Shown here piece after piece: positions 21,907 through 34,145 of a stretch of DNA of 64,000 bases (position 1 is the stretch's first letter; each line of letters opens with the position of its first letter). The translations under genes were made by a program, and so were the position numbers. The stretch spans positions 297 to 64,296 of the forward strand of contig CABYSX010000007.1 of the NCBI GenBank assembly GCA_902521795.1. The letters run 5' to 3'. Below the pieces are notes generated by a model. That model saw only the letters and a program-made list of their open reading frames with translations. It did no database searches and had not been told where the DNA came from. This DNA is from an uncultured Alphaproteobacteria bacterium. Lineage in GTDB: Bacteria > Pseudomonadota > Alphaproteobacteria > HIMB59.

Positions 21907-23475
21907 TTATATTCCTTTAATATTTGAGATGCTAATCTCAGAAACTCCTTCTTGCATATTGGAGTTATTCTCAAAGTTTAATATTTTATTACATGCATTG
22001 ATATAAGATTTTGCAGAAGCAACTATAATATCTATATCAGAAGCCTTACCAATGAATTCTTTATTCAAATATTCAAGTTTAACAGTAACTTCTCCCTGTG
22101 CATCAGAGTCTGGTGTAATGGCGTTAATGTGATAAAGCACCAATTTTGGAGAAAAACCTAATACTTTTGAAATACAACTAAAAACAGCATCAACAGGACC
22201 ATTGCCAGATCCACTAAGCTCTTTTAGCTGATCTTTAAAATCTAGCTCTAAAGAGGCTACATGTTTAGAGTTAGTGCCAGACATGATACTTAAGTTTTTA
22301 AGTTTTAAAGTATTAGATTTGTTAAAGTGCGTGTCATCTACAAGAGCAATTAAATCCTCATCATAAACATCTTTTTTCTTATCTGCTAAAAGCTTAAATT
22401 TTTCAAAAATCTCATTGATATAATTATCACCTACTTCATATCCTAGAATTTTAAGTTTTTCTTTAAATGCATGTTTACCTGAGTGTTTGCCAAGGACTAA
22501 ACTAGATTTTTTTAAACCAATTGTCTCTGGGGACATAATCTCATAAGTTTGAACATTTTTTAGAACACCGTCTTGATGTATCCCTGACTCATGAGCAAAA
22601 GCGTTAGCACCTACAATTGCTTTATTTGGTTGAACAGGAAAACCTGTAATTGAAGACACAAGTTTTGATGTTTTTGAAATTGCACTTGTGTTGATATTAG
22701 ACTGAACTTTTAAAAGATCTGATCTAACTTTCATAGCCATTACAACTTCTTCAAGGGCTGCGTTGCCCGCTCTTTCACCCAATCCATTTATAGTACATTC
22801 AATTTGTCTTGCACCGTTTTCTACTGCATTAAGAGAATTTGCAACTGCTAAACCTAAATCGTTGTGACAATGAACAGAAATTATTGCTTTATCAATATTT
22901 GGTACGTTATTTTTAACTTTTTTTATAATCTCACCGAATTCAAATGGTAAAGTATATCCGACAGTATCAGGGATATTTATTGTTGATGCGCCACTTTTGA
23001 TTGCTAATTCTATACACCTATAGAGAAAATCAATTGAGGATCTTCCACCATCCTCACAGCTCCATTCAATATTTGGGCAAAGGTTTCTTGCAAAAGAAAC
23101 ACTATCTTTAATTTTGTCTAGCACTTGGTCTTCAGTGAGTTTTAATTTGAATTCCATATGTATAGGGCTAGTGGCTATAAAAGTATGTATTCGTGGATTT
23201 TTTGCTTTTTTTACAGCATTCCAAGCTGCTTCAATATCCTCATGTTTTGCTCTCGCCAATCCTGCTATCTGACAATCTTTGATTTCACTGGCAATAGCTT
23301 GAACAGAGTTAAAGTCACCTTTTGAGGCTATGGGAAAACCAGCTTCAATAATATCGACTTTTAACTCTTCTAATAATCTGGCAATAGAGAGTTTTTCTTC
23401 TTGATTCATAGAAGCACCCGGAGATTGCTCTCCGTCTCTAAGAGTCGTATCAAAAATTAATACTTTATCTGGCAA
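21907..23475 (-). CDS. leuA: 2-isopropylmalate synthase
   Basis: DTTLRDGEQSPG, HCHNDLG, GERAGNA, HESGIHQDG, GNGPVDA. Confidence 0.96.
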   Translation of the reverse strand: MPDKVLIFDTTLRDGEQSPGASMNQEEKLSIARLLEELKVDIIEAGFPIASKGDFNSVQAIASEIKDCQIAGLARAKHEDIEAAWNAVKKAKNPRIHTFIATSPIHMEFKLKLTEDQVLDKIKDSVSFARNLCPNIEWSCEDGGRSSIDFLYRCIELAIKSGASTINIPDTVGYTLPFEFGEIIKKVKNNVPNIDKAIISVHCHNDLGLAVANSLNAVENGARQIECTINGLGERAGNAALEEVVMAMKVRSDLLKVQSNINTSAISKTSKLVSSITGFPVQPNKAIVGANAFAHESGIHQDGVLKNVQTYEIMSPETIGLKKSSLVLGKHSGKHAFKEKLKILGYEVGDNYINEIFEKFKLLADKKKDVYDEDLIALVDDTHFNKSNTLKLKNLSIMSGTNSKHVASLELDFKDQLKELSGSGNGPVDAVFSCISKVLGFSPKLVLYHINAITPDSDAQGEVTVKLEYLNKEFIGKASDIDIIVASAKSYINACNKILNFENNSNMQEGVSEISISNIKGI

Positions 23476-23477
23476 TA

Positions 23478-25048
<1,571 letters not shown>

Positions 25049-25062
25049 GGTTAAAAAATTTA

Positions 25063-26835
25063 TTAGACTAGTACTTTTCCCTTTTCTTGATTTTCAGGAT
25101 TTTCTTTATCATATTTTGATAAAAGCATTTCATGGTGCGCAGCCCCAGATGGTATCATTGGAAAACAATTTTCTTTTTTATCAACCCAAATATCAGCAAT
25201 AACAGGTCTGTCTATAGAAACCATTTCATTAATAGCATCGTCTAACTCAGAAACATTTTTTGCTCTCACTCCAACTGCATTAAAACTTTCAGCAAGTTTT
25301 TTAAAATCAGGAAGAGCGTCCACATAACTCTCGGAGTATCTACTTCCATGAAGAAGTTCCTGCCACTGTCTAACCATTCCCATATATTCATTATTTAAAA
25401 TGAAAATCTTAATTGGTAACTTGTATTGAACTGCGGTAGCTATTTCTTGAATGTTCATCAGAAAAGATGCCTCTCCAGCAATATCTATGACTAGCGAGTC
25501 AGGATTTGCCATTTGTGCTCCAACTGCAGCGGGCATACCAAAGCCCATTGTCCCAAGACCACCAGAAGTAATCCACCTATTGGGTTTTGAAAATTTATAA
25601 TACTGCGCTGCCCACATTTGATGTTGTCCAACTTCAGTGGTAATAAAAGTGTCTTTTTGAGTAGTTAGATCATACAACCTAGAAATGGCATGTTGAGGTT
25701 TGATAATCTCTTCGCCTTGCTCATAGTGAAGACATTCTTTTTTCCTCCAGTCATTAATCTGACCCCACCAATTAGTGTAGTCTTTTTTTTCAAGTTCAAT
25801 ATTATCAGACTCTATAAATGAGTTTATTTCTTTTAGTGTCTGAGTAATGTCAGTATTTGTATGAAAATCAACTTTTACATTTTTATTAATTGAACTTTGG
25901 TCTATATCTATATGAAATTTTACAGAGTCTGGAGAAAATGCATCAAGTCTCCCAGTTACTCGATCATCAAACCTTGCTCCAACATTGATCATTAAATCAC
26001 ACTTATTCATTGCCAAGTTTGCTTCATAGTTTCCGTGCATTCCCAACATCCCAAGTGAACTTTTATCTTCGCCTGGAAAACACCCTAATCCATGAAGTGT
26101 TGTTGTGATTGGGATATTAGTTTTATTTACGAGCTTAATTAATTCTTGACTAGCTTGAGGTCCAGAGTTTAAACAACCGCCACCAACATAAAAAATAGGT
26201 CTTTCAGAATTTTTAATATGATTTACAAGCTCTTGAACAAAATTTTTATCAACATTTTTTGAGCCAGCCTTAATTCTGTGCTCTCTAAAACTAATATCTT
26301 TTTTTGGTATATATTTTGACTTTGCAAATTGGACATCTTTTGGAATATCAATTAACACAGGACCTGGTCTTCCTGAGCTAGCTATCTTAAATGCTTCATG
26401 AATTGTTTCAGAGAGCTTACTAACGTCTTTCACTAAGTAGTTATGCTTAGTACAAGGTCTTGTAATTCCAGTAGTATCACATTCTTGAAATGCATCTGTG
26501 CCTATTAAATGTGAAGGGACTTGCCCGCTAATACAAACTATAGGAATGCTATCCATTAATGCGTCAGTTAAGCCTGTTACCACATTAGTAACCCCAGGGC
26601 CTGAAGTCACTAACAAGACTCCTACTTTCCCACTTGATCGAGCATATCCCTCTGCTGCGTGAACTGCACCAGCTTCTTGTCTTACCAAAACATGTTTTAA
26701 AAAATTTTGGCCAAAAATTGCATCATAAATAGGGAGAACAGCTCCGCCTGGATAGCCAAAAATTGTATCTACTTCTTGGTCTTTGAGGGCCTTAAGTAGA
26801 ATATCTGCTCCCGTAAATTCGTTTTCATTGTCCAT
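25063..26835 (-). CDS. ilvI: Acetolactate synthase large subunit
   Basis: FGYPGGA, TSGPG, RFDDRVTG, SGGLGTMG, GMVRQWQ. Confidence 0.94.
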   Translation of the reverse strand: MDNENEFTGADILLKALKDQEVDTIFGYPGGAVLPIYDAIFGQNFLKHVLVRQEAGAVHAAEGYARSSGKVGVLLVTSGPGVTNVVTGLTDALMDSIPIVCISGQVPSHLIGTDAFQECDTTGITRPCTKHNYLVKDVSKLSETIHEAFKIASSGRPGPVLIDIPKDVQFAKSKYIPKKDISFREHRIKAGSKNVDKNFVQELVNHIKNSERPIFYVGGGCLNSGPQASQELIKLVNKTNIPITTTLHGLGCFPGEDKSSLGMLGMHGNYEANLAMNKCDLMINVGARFDDRVTGRLDAFSPDSVKFHIDIDQSSINKNVKVDFHTNTDITQTLKEINSFIESDNIELEKKDYTNWWGQINDWRKKECLHYEQGEEIIKPQHAISRLYDLTTQKDTFITTEVGQHQMWAAQYYKFSKPNRWITSGGLGTMGFGMPAAVGAQMANPDSLVIDIAGEASFLMNIQEIATAVQYKLPIKIFILNNEYMGMVRQWQELLHGSRYSESYVDALPDFKKLAESFNAVGVRAKNVSELDDAINEMVSIDRPVIADIWVDKKENCFPMIPSGAAHHEMLLSKYDKENPENQEKGKVLV

Positions 26836-27736
26836 TTAGGTATATACTTATATTTTCAATTGAATCTTTAGGGAAGCTTTTTTTATAGTTTATTCTAAGA
26901 TTAAGTTGGCTGAATTTTTGGTTATTCCACCATGTAAACTGTCTTTTGATATACCTTTTGGTATTTTTTATACCTAAGTAGATGGCCTCCTCTAAACTCA
27001 TTTTGTTTCTGATACATAATAATAACTCAGGAAGACCATGTGCTTTGTAAAGTGTTTTAGATATTTTTTTATTTTCATAGAGAGATTTAACCTCCTCTAA
27101 GGCACCATTACTGATCATTTGTTGAAATCTTAATTCTGCCTTTTCATAAAGATCTTTTTTAGGTTTTGTGACTTGTATAACGAGTGGATTAGGAGTGATG
27201 GGAACTTTATTACCATAATTATTTTCCATCGTATCGTTGTATTCTAAGCAGAAAGCTAAACGACTCAATAGCCTTTGTTTGTCTTTTGGGAAGATTTTTT
27301 CTTTATAATATTTATCTAGAACGTTTAAACAATGGTCTGGACCTTTACTTAAAAATAAATCTTCTGCTTCTTTTTTAAATTTTTGACTAATTGATGGCAT
27401 CTCTGATAATCCCTCTATCAGAGATTGTATATAAAATCCTGTGCCTCCAACAAAAACAGGAGTCTTATTTCTACTTTGAATATTTTTAAGTGCTTGTTTA
27501 ACATCATCAATCCAATGATTGACTGAGTAATCTTTGTTATTGATATGTCCGTAGAGATGATGAGGAACTATCTTTAATTCTTTCTCAGTGGGTCTGTTAG
27601 ATAGGATTTTTAATTGTTTATAAACTTGAATACTGTCAGCGTTAATAATTTCAATATCAATTAATTTTGATAATTCATAAGCATAATCATTTTTACCTGA
27701 GCAGGTAGGGCCTACAACAAAAAGATGATTATTCAA
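26825..27736 (-). CDS. miaA: tRNA dimethylallyltransferase
   Basis: GPTCSGK, INADSIQVY, VGGTGFY, KRQFTW. Confidence 0.93.
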   Translation of the reverse strand: MNNHLFVVGPTCSGKNDYAYELSKLIDIEIINADSIQVYKQLKILSNRPTEKELKIVPHHLYGHINNKDYSVNHWIDDVKQALKNIQSRNKTPVFVGGTGFYIQSLIEGLSEMPSISQKFKKEAEDLFLSKGPDHCLNVLDKYYKEKIFPKDKQRLLSRLAFCLEYNDTMENNYGNKVPITPNPLVIQVTKPKKDLYEKAELRFQQMISNGALEEVKSLYENKKISKTLYKAHGLPELLLCIRNKMSLEEAIYLGIKNTKRYIKRQFTWWNNQKFSQLNLRINYKKSFPKDSIENISIYLNGQ

Positions 27737-29117
27737 TAACGAATGGGTTAATTAGCCAAAATTCATTACCGTCTCTAATGACTCTTAACAGTAATTTATC
27801 TCGATTTAATTTGATACTGTTTTTAATAATTGATTGAAAAGATCTAATATCCTTAATTTTTTCACTTGAAACTTGAATAATTACATCATTGATTAATAAA
27901 TTTTGGTTTTTATCACCAACTTCTCTGACCAAAATGCCTGACGTTTTTGAGTCTAATCCTAAATTGTTTATAGCTTCACTTGTCAATTCTTCGACAGTAA
28001 TATCTAGTTCATCAAGATATACTCCCTCATTTTTAGCAAGTTTACCATCTTCTTCTAATTCACCAACCTTAACATCAATATCTATAATTTCTCCATTTCT
28101 CCAAACTTTTACCACAACTTGACTTCCAATAGGCGTTTCTGCGACAACTTTTGGTAAATCCTTAAATGATAAAATTTTTTGATTGTTAAACTCAATAATG
28201 ATATCCCCTGCCTGTATGTTTGAAAGTGCTGCTGGGCTATTAGGTTCGACAGATGCTACAAAAGCTCCATCTGTTGAGTCATAACCCAAGCTATCAGAAA
28301 ATTCTTGAGTTAAATCTTGAATTTGTACACCAAGTCTTCCTCTTTTTGCTTGGCCAAATGTAATTATTTGTTCAACAATCAATTTTGCTGTTTTAGCTGG
28401 AATTGAAAAACCCAAACCAACACTTCCTCCTGTTTGGGAGATAATCATAGAATTAATTCCGATCACTTCTCCGTCTAAATTAAATAATGGTCCACCAGAG
28501 TTGCCTCTATTGATAGCTGCATCAGTTTGTATGAAGTCAACGTAAGGGCCTCCACCGATATCTCTGTTTATGGAAGAAATAATTCCAGATGTAACGGTTC
28601 CACCTAAACCAAGGGGGTTGCCAATAGCTAAAACTATATCACCAACTCTTGAAACATCTGAGTCACCCCAATTTAGGCTTTGAATATTAACAGATGAAGG
28701 ATCAATTTTTAACACCGCAATGTCAGTCTTAGGATCAGTTCCAACAAGTTCTGCTGAGATTTCATCAATTCCATTATTAAAAATTACAGTAATTTGATCT
28801 GCACCACTTATTACATGATTATTTGTCACTACATAACCTTCGTCATTGATAATAAATCCAGATCCAAGACCAGTTAAATTTTCACGTTTAGGCATTTGAT
28901 TTCCAAAAAAATCATCGAACATGTCATTGAATGGATGTCCTTCTGGTAGTTCAGGTAATTGACTAGTTTTCCTCTCTACTGTTTGGCTGGTCGCTATGCT
29001 AACAACTGAGGGTAACAGCTCATCTACTAAGTCAGCATATCCTCTTTCAAATTGTGCAAAAGTAGTATTTGTTAGAAAAAGTAAGTTGAAAAGAGATAAA
29101 AAGATGAGTCTTTTCAT
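27729..29117 (-). CDS. degP: HtrA/DegP periplasmic serine protease with two PDZ domains
   Basis: GSGFII, TNNHV, DIAVLK, INRGNSGG. Confidence 0.9.
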   Translation of the reverse strand: MKRLIFLSLFNLLFLTNTTFAQFERGYADLVDELLPSVVSIATSQTVERKTSQLPELPEGHPFNDMFDDFFGNQMPKRENLTGLGSGFIINDEGYVVTNNHVISGADQITVIFNNGIDEISAELVGTDPKTDIAVLKIDPSSVNIQSLNWGDSDVSRVGDIVLAIGNPLGLGGTVTSGIISSINRDIGGGPYVDFIQTDAAINRGNSGGPLFNLDGEVIGINSMIISQTGGSVGLGFSIPAKTAKLIVEQIITFGQAKRGRLGVQIQDLTQEFSDSLGYDSTDGAFVASVEPNSPAALSNIQAGDIIIEFNNQKILSFKDLPKVVAETPIGSQVVVKVWRNGEIIDIDVKVGELEEDGKLAKNEGVYLDELDITVEELTSEAINNLGLDSKTSGILVREVGDKNQNLLINDVIIQVSSEKIKDIRSFQSIIKNSIKLNRDKLLLRVIRDGNEFWLINPFVIE

Positions 29118-29132
29118 TAATATTTGATAGTT

Positions 29133-30002
29133 TTAGTTTGAACCCTCAGAGTTTTCAAAGTATTCAAAGAAATCACTATCAGGTGATATAACCATAGTAG
29201 TTGTTCCATCTTTAAAAGTATCTGAGTAAGCTTCCATAGACCTAATAAATTCAAAAAACTCTGGATCTTTTGCAAAAGCATCATTTAGGATTTGGTTTCT
29301 TGCTGCTTCTCCTTCACCTTTTAAAATATTAGATTGCTTTTCAGCCTCTGCAATTATTTCAATTTTTTGTCTATCTGCAGTCGCTTTAATTTTTTGTGAT
29401 ATCTCTTGACCTTCAGCTCTTAAGAGGTTGGCTTCTCTTTCCCTCTCTGTTCTCATTCTATCAAAAACGTTAGATTGAACTTCAGGGGTCAATTCGGTTC
29501 TTTTTAGTCTTAAATCTACAATTTCAATACCAAAGTTATCTTGGTCTTCACGAACGTTTTCAAAAATTTCAGCCATAATTTTTTCACGATCATCAGATAA
29601 CAAATCATTTAATTGATACTGGGCAATCACACCTCTAACTGAAGAGTTTACAATTCTACCCAAACGATCATTTAATGCTAATTCTGTTCTTGTTGTCTGA
29701 AAAAACTTCAGAGGATCTTTAATCATGTATCTTACAATTGAGTCGACCACGATACGCTTTTGGTCTCTGAGGATTACTTCCTCTTGGGCTGGATCTAAGT
29801 TTAAAACCCTACTATCATAGTAAACAACGTTTTGAATAAAAGGTAATTTAAACTTTAAACCAGGTGTTTGATGTACAGCACGAGGTTCACCAAATTGTAA
29901 AACTATTACTTGTTTTGTTTGGTCTACGACAAAGAAAAAACCTGATGCAAATAAAATAAAGAAGAAAGACAATCCGACGATTACATAATTTCTCATTTTC
30001 AT
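29133..30002 (-). CDS. hflC: FtsH modulator HflC
   Basis: SPFH domain, RMRTERERE, DPEFFEFIRS. Confidence 0.93.
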   Translation of the reverse strand: MKMRNYVIVGLSFFFILFASGFFFVVDQTKQVIVLQFGEPRAVHQTPGLKFKLPFIQNVVYYDSRVLNLDPAQEEVILRDQKRIVVDSIVRYMIKDPLKFFQTTRTELALNDRLGRIVNSSVRGVIAQYQLNDLLSDDREKIMAEIFENVREDQDNFGIEIVDLRLKRTELTPEVQSNVFDRMRTEREREANLLRAEGQEISQKIKATADRQKIEIIAEAEKQSNILKGEGEAARNQILNDAFAKDPEFFEFIRSMEAYSDTFKDGTTTMVISPDSDFFEYFENSEGSN

Positions 30003-31099
30003 TGGCTATCTCCTTGTTTATTTTTATTTAATTCGTTTAGCGGCAGATAGGGAACAACACCATTTCCAGAGTTTTGATCGATCATTATCTTACTTGATCC
30101 TGAAAGAACATCTCTTAAGGTTTCTAGGTATATTCTTTTTTTAGTTGTTTCTTTTGACTGCTCGTAGGTATCTAGCACTTGAAGAAATCTACTTGATTCA
30201 CCCTCAGCTTGTTTAATTAGTTTGTTTCTATAGCCCTCTGCTTCTTGAAGAATTTTTTCAGCTTCACCTCTAGCTTCTGGAACAATTCTATTACTGTAGG
30301 CTTCTGCCTGATTGACAGTTCTCTCTTTATCCTGTCTTGCTTTTTGAACATCATCAAAAGCGTCAATAACTTCTCTTGGGGGATTAACATCTTGTAATTG
30401 AATAGACTGGATTAATATCCCAACTTCATACTCATCTAAGAGCTCTTGAAGTAAAGACCGTGAGTCTCTTTCAACAGACTGTCTAGATACAGTAAGAAGG
30501 CCTTCAAGGTTTGTTTGTCCTACAACTTCCCTAAGAACACTCTCAGAAATTACTTTTACGGTTTCCTCAGGATCCCTTAAATTAAATAAAAACTGACCAG
30601 CATCTTTAATTCTATAAAGAACGGTATAGTCTAAGTCTGAAATATTTTGATCAGATGTAAGCATCATGCTTTCTTCAAGAACATCTCTTGTAGAATTACC
30701 ACTTGATCTAAAGCCAACATTAATTTTTCTAATTGCCTCTACTTTTGGTGTTAGAACTTTTCCAATAGGAGTAGGAAAGAAATAATGAAGCCCGGGGTCA
30801 GTTGTACTTTCGTTCCACTTACCAAATAATAATTCAACTCCTTGTTCATCAGGTTCAACTCTGTAAAAACCAGTTGCCAACCAAATAACAAAAGCAATTA
30901 AAATTAAAAATGAAACACCCTTAAATCCACCTTTAAAAGGCATTTTAAACTTATATTTATTTTTAAGATCTTTAAGAAGATCATCGATTGAGTCGTTGTT
31001 TCCACCGGAAAAACCTCCACCAGATCCTCTATTATTATTTCCTGAAGAGGAACCCCATGGGCCATCAAGTGCGAAAATTTTAAATTTGTTTTTGTTCAC
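29999..31099 (-). CDS. hflK: FtsH modulator HflK
   Basis: Gly-rich N-terminus with GPWG, SPFH domain, VIDAFDDV, VVPYLPL. Confidence 0.93.
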   Translation of the reverse strand: MNKNKFKIFALDGPWGSSSGNNNRGSGGGFSGGNNDSIDDLLKDLKNKYKFKMPFKGGFKGVSFLILIAFVIWLATGFYRVEPDEQGVELLFGKWNESTTDPGLHYFFPTPIGKVLTPKVEAIRKINVGFRSSGNSTRDVLEESMMLTSDQNISDLDYTVLYRIKDAGQFLFNLRDPEETVKVISESVLREVVGQTNLEGLLTVSRQSVERDSRSLLQELLDEYEVGILIQSIQLQDVNPPREVIDAFDDVQKARQDKERTVNQAEAYSNRIVPEARGEAEKILQEAEGYRNKLIKQAEGESSRFLQVLDTYEQSKETTKKRIYLETLRDVLSGSSKIMIDQNSGNGVVPYLPLNELNKNKQGDSQ

Positions 31100-31125
31100 G
31101 ATACAATATATGTAGTGTTTAATAG

Positions 31126-31872
31126 ATGAATATCAAGACTTGTTTTGGAATTTCAAGCTGTAAAGGTGGTGTTGGTAAATCCACTGTGGCTTGTAATATC
31201 GCTATAACTTTAGCGAACCAAGGATACAAAGTTGGCCTTTTAGACGCAGACATATATGGACCTAGTGTCCCAACATTACTTGGCATCGGAGATAAGGAAC
31301 CCAAAGTTGAAGATGGGAAGTTTTTGCCCTTTGAAGTATTTGGGATAAAGGCGATGTCGATAGGCTTCCTAGTCAATGAAGAACAAGCAATTGTTTGGAG
31401 AGGACCAATGTTAGCAAAAGGGCTTGATGGTCTCATAAATAAGACAATATGGGGTGATTTAGACTATTTAATTGTTGATTTTCCCCCTGGTACTGGTGAT
31501 GTGCAAATATCAATGTCTCAAAAACTAAAACTGAATGGAACTCTTATTATTACAACTCCCCAGTTGTTATCACTAAAAGATGTCATTAGAGGTATTAATA
31601 TGTTTATCAAGGTGGATGTTCCAATACTTGGCGTAATAGAAAACATGTCTTATTTAGAAGAACAAAATGAAAAAAAATATATTTTTGGTGAATCGAAGAC
31701 CAAGTCTTTATTGCTAAAAGAAAATATAAATTTAATTGAAGAGCTTCCTTTTAATTTAAATGTTCCTAAAAGTTGTGATGACGGAAAGCCCTATTGTTTT
31801 GACTATAAGGACGATTATTCTCAAAAATTTGAAAATATTACAAACGCAATCACAAAAAAATTTCAAAGTTAA
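31126..31872 (+). CDS. mrp: Mrp/ApbC (NBP35 family) ATPase
   Basis: KGGVGKST, DADIYGPS, WRGPM, DFPPGTGD, ENMS. Confidence 0.9.
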   Translation: MNIKTCFGISSCKGGVGKSTVACNIAITLANQGYKVGLLDADIYGPSVPTLLGIGDKEPKVEDGKFLPFEVFGIKAMSIGFLVNEEQAIVWRGPMLAKGLDGLINKTIWGDLDYLIVDFPPGTGDVQISMSQKLKLNGTLIITTPQLLSLKDVIRGINMFIKVDVPILGVIENMSYLEEQNEKKYIFGESKTKSLLLKENINLIEELPFNLNVPKSCDDGKPYCFDYKDDYSQKFENITNAITKKFQS

Positions 31873-32795
31873 GATAATTTAATATTAAACTTTACTTCTA
31901 ACTCTCTAAGCTCTCTTGGGGATAGCTTATAATTAGACTTCTTAATTTTTTTATTTGCTAATTTATCTTTAACAATTTTTAAAGCCTCCTTTGAGAGTTG
32001 GAATGAGTCTGAACGGTAATCTTCGAAAGCTTCGTATGTTAAAGGAACCCACTTTTTCAATATTTCAACCATTTTTTCAGCATAAATTTGTATTTCATAC
32101 TGAGCATGACTATCTGCTCTTAATCTCAAAAAGTGCATGAGATTATGAAGGTCTACCTTCCAATACCATTGAGTGTAATAATTTAATGGAAGAGTTGTTC
32201 GAGCTAGTTCTCTCGCTAAACCTTCCCCTTCAACGTATTCATCGTTATTTAAAAGTTTACCATTCAATAAATTTTGGTAGTCGTCATAAAGTTGCTCTGA
32301 ATTCTTTTGAATTAAATCTTGAGCTTGCTTCGCAAATTTTTTATCTAAAGTATTTGATCTTCCTTGTTTATTTGTAGTCGATTGAGATCCAAGTTGATCC
32401 ATTTCTGGAACATAAAATTCTTTATCTAGTACTGAGTATCTTGCAGAGTATTCATTTACGTTTGCAGTTCTATGTCTAATCCATTGTCTAGCAACAAAAA
32501 TAGGTAGTTTAATATGAAACTTAATTTCACACATCTCAAACGGAGTTGTATGCCAATGACTTAACAAATATCTAATAAGACCCCTGTCTTCACGTAATTT
32601 TTTTGTTCCCTCACCATAAGAGACTCTTGCCGCTTGGACTATAGACTGATCAGTTCCCATATAGTCAATAACTCTTATAAAGCCATGATCTAAAATAGGT
32701 ATTTGCTTATAAAGTATTTTTTCTAGGGCAGATGATGTTGCTCTAGTGGTTTTAAAATCTTTAAATTTTGGCACTTTAGTGATTTTTTTCTTCAT
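31869..32795 (-). CDS. thyX: Flavin-dependent thymidylate synthase
   Basis: HTTPFE, RQWIRHRTANVNEYSARY, HAQYEI. Confidence 0.96.
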   Translation of the reverse strand: MKKKITKVPKFKDFKTTRATSSALEKILYKQIPILDHGFIRVIDYMGTDQSIVQAARVSYGEGTKKLREDRGLIRYLLSHWHTTPFEMCEIKFHIKLPIFVARQWIRHRTANVNEYSARYSVLDKEFYVPEMDQLGSQSTTNKQGRSNTLDKKFAKQAQDLIQKNSEQLYDDYQNLLNGKLLNNDEYVEGEGLARELARTTLPLNYYTQWYWKVDLHNLMHFLRLRADSHAQYEIQIYAEKMVEILKKWVPLTYEAFEDYRSDSFQLSKEALKIVKDKLANKKIKKSNYKLSPRELRELEVKFNIKLS

Positions 32796-32839
32796 AGATG
32801 TTTAAAGGATTCATTTATTAGACTATATTATCTTCGTTG

Positions 32840-33095
32840 TTTATCAACTATGGCAATAAACGCTGTATGTAATAGGTGTATCGGACTCGGGGGCGGTACC
32901 CGACACCTCCACCATAAAAAATTTAATGGGGGTGATATAGGTTTGACGTGCTCTGAAGGATATAGTTTTTGCTCGTTGTAAGCGTTTCTTCGTATAGAAA
33001 CTTAAAGTAATTGCTAAAAATAATCAATTAGCACTCGCTGCTTAATCTAATTAGGTAAGCGCGGCTTTGGGGCGGCCGGGCAACAGAACGCCCCT
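32840..33095 (+). ncRNA. ssrA: Circularly permuted two-piece tmRNA; tag (A)KNNQLALAA at 33013-33045
   Basis: Acceptor piece with GGCGGTA T-loop ends CTCCACCA at 32914; short spacer; coding piece starts GGGGGTGA at 32928; tag ends in LAA-stop; 3' GGGGCG..GGCAACAGAA..CGCCCC. 5' boundary approximate. Confidence 0.93.
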
Positions 33096-33115
33096 CTCAT
33101 TAAATTTGTAATCTT

Positions 33116-33307
33116 TTATAAAGTAATTTTGTATGTCCTGGAGTCTTTATGATCACTGATATCAATTATGTTAAATTTACTTGTTTTTTCTATCTTTACG
33201 CCTTTAGAAGTAATAAATGATTTCATTTTTTTTACTTCACCCTCTGACATTTTTCTTTGATATTTAAGTGTATGACTTTTGGAACCAATTTTAAAAATAG
33301 TTTTCAT
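33116..33307 (-). CDS. Small basic hypothetical protein
   Basis: 63 aa ATG ORF filling an intergenic gap. Confidence 0.55.
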   Translation of the reverse strand: MKTIFKIGSKSHTLKYQRKMSEGEVKKMKSFITSKGVKIEKTSKFNIIDISDHKDSRTYKITL

Positions 33308-33456
33308 GCAATTATTACGATTTAAATTAGATTATTAGATGATAAACGATAATTTATATCAAAAATATTTTATTAAAATTTAATATGATTTTTATGCATA
33401 ATATTGAAATTAAAATATTTTAAATCATAATAGATAAAAATAAGGAGGAATTTTTT

Positions 33457-33756
33457 ATGGAAAAAATGATGTTAGCTATTGGTAAATTTAAAGAGGGTGA
33501 AGGAAAATTTGAAAAATTTATGGCTTTTTTTCAATCTGAAGAGGGGATGGCTATGAGGAAAGCTGCAGCACATGTTGAAAAAACAGTTCCTGGAATTTTA
33601 CCTGATAAGAGCGGTATCATGTTTAAAGTTCATGTTCACAATGAAGAGGAAATGATGGGAATCGTTAAAGGAACCAATCCTGTAATGAAACCTATTTACG
33701 ATGAATGTATTCAAAGTATAGAATTATTTGAATTAACTTCAGTCGATATTACATAA
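33457..33756 (+). CDS. Hypothetical protein
   Basis: 99 aa with a strong AAGGAGG RBS upstream. Confidence 0.75.
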   Translation: MEKMMLAIGKFKEGEGKFEKFMAFFQSEEGMAMRKAAAHVEKTVPGILPDKSGIMFKVHVHNEEEMMGIVKGTNPVMKPIYDECIQSIELFELTSVDIT

Positions 33757-33766
33757 AAAGGATGAT

Positions 33767-34117
33767 TTGATGGGAATAGAAATAAAAGATTTCAATAATC
33801 CAGATGATCAAAATAACAACTTTAATAATGCAACTGTAGATGTTGTTAAGGTTGGTGATCAAAGAATGATGAGGATCACTGCTGAGCCTGGTTGGAAGTG
33901 GTCAAATGATGTAAAGCCACATGTTGGCACAGAAAGTTGTCAAACAAAACATTTAGGTTATATTGCATCTGGTTCTGTTTGTGTACGAATGGATGATGGA
34001 ACAGAGGCAACTTACTCTTCAGGTCAAGCTTACTCAATTGATCCAGGTCATGATGGATGGGTAGTCGGTAATGAAACTGCTGTTATGATAGAGTTTCATG
34101 GAGCTTGGGGAGAATAA
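33767..34117 (+). CDS. Cupin domain protein
   Basis: EPGWKWS..VKP..GTESCQTKHLGY..SG and IDPGHDGWVVG. Confidence 0.82.
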   Translation: MMGIEIKDFNNPDDQNNNFNNATVDVVKVGDQRMMRITAEPGWKWSNDVKPHVGTESCQTKHLGYIASGSVCVRMDDGTEATYSSGQAYSIDPGHDGWVVGNETAVMIEFHGAWGE

Positions 34118-34145
34118 CTGAGATTAATAATTTAAGGAGAAATAA

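Noticed and set aside
33360-33425. AT-rich dyad (AAAATATTTTA...TTATGCATAA...TAAAATATTTT)
   Set aside because: Nearly all A/T, so dyads arise by chance; cannot be supported as an operator
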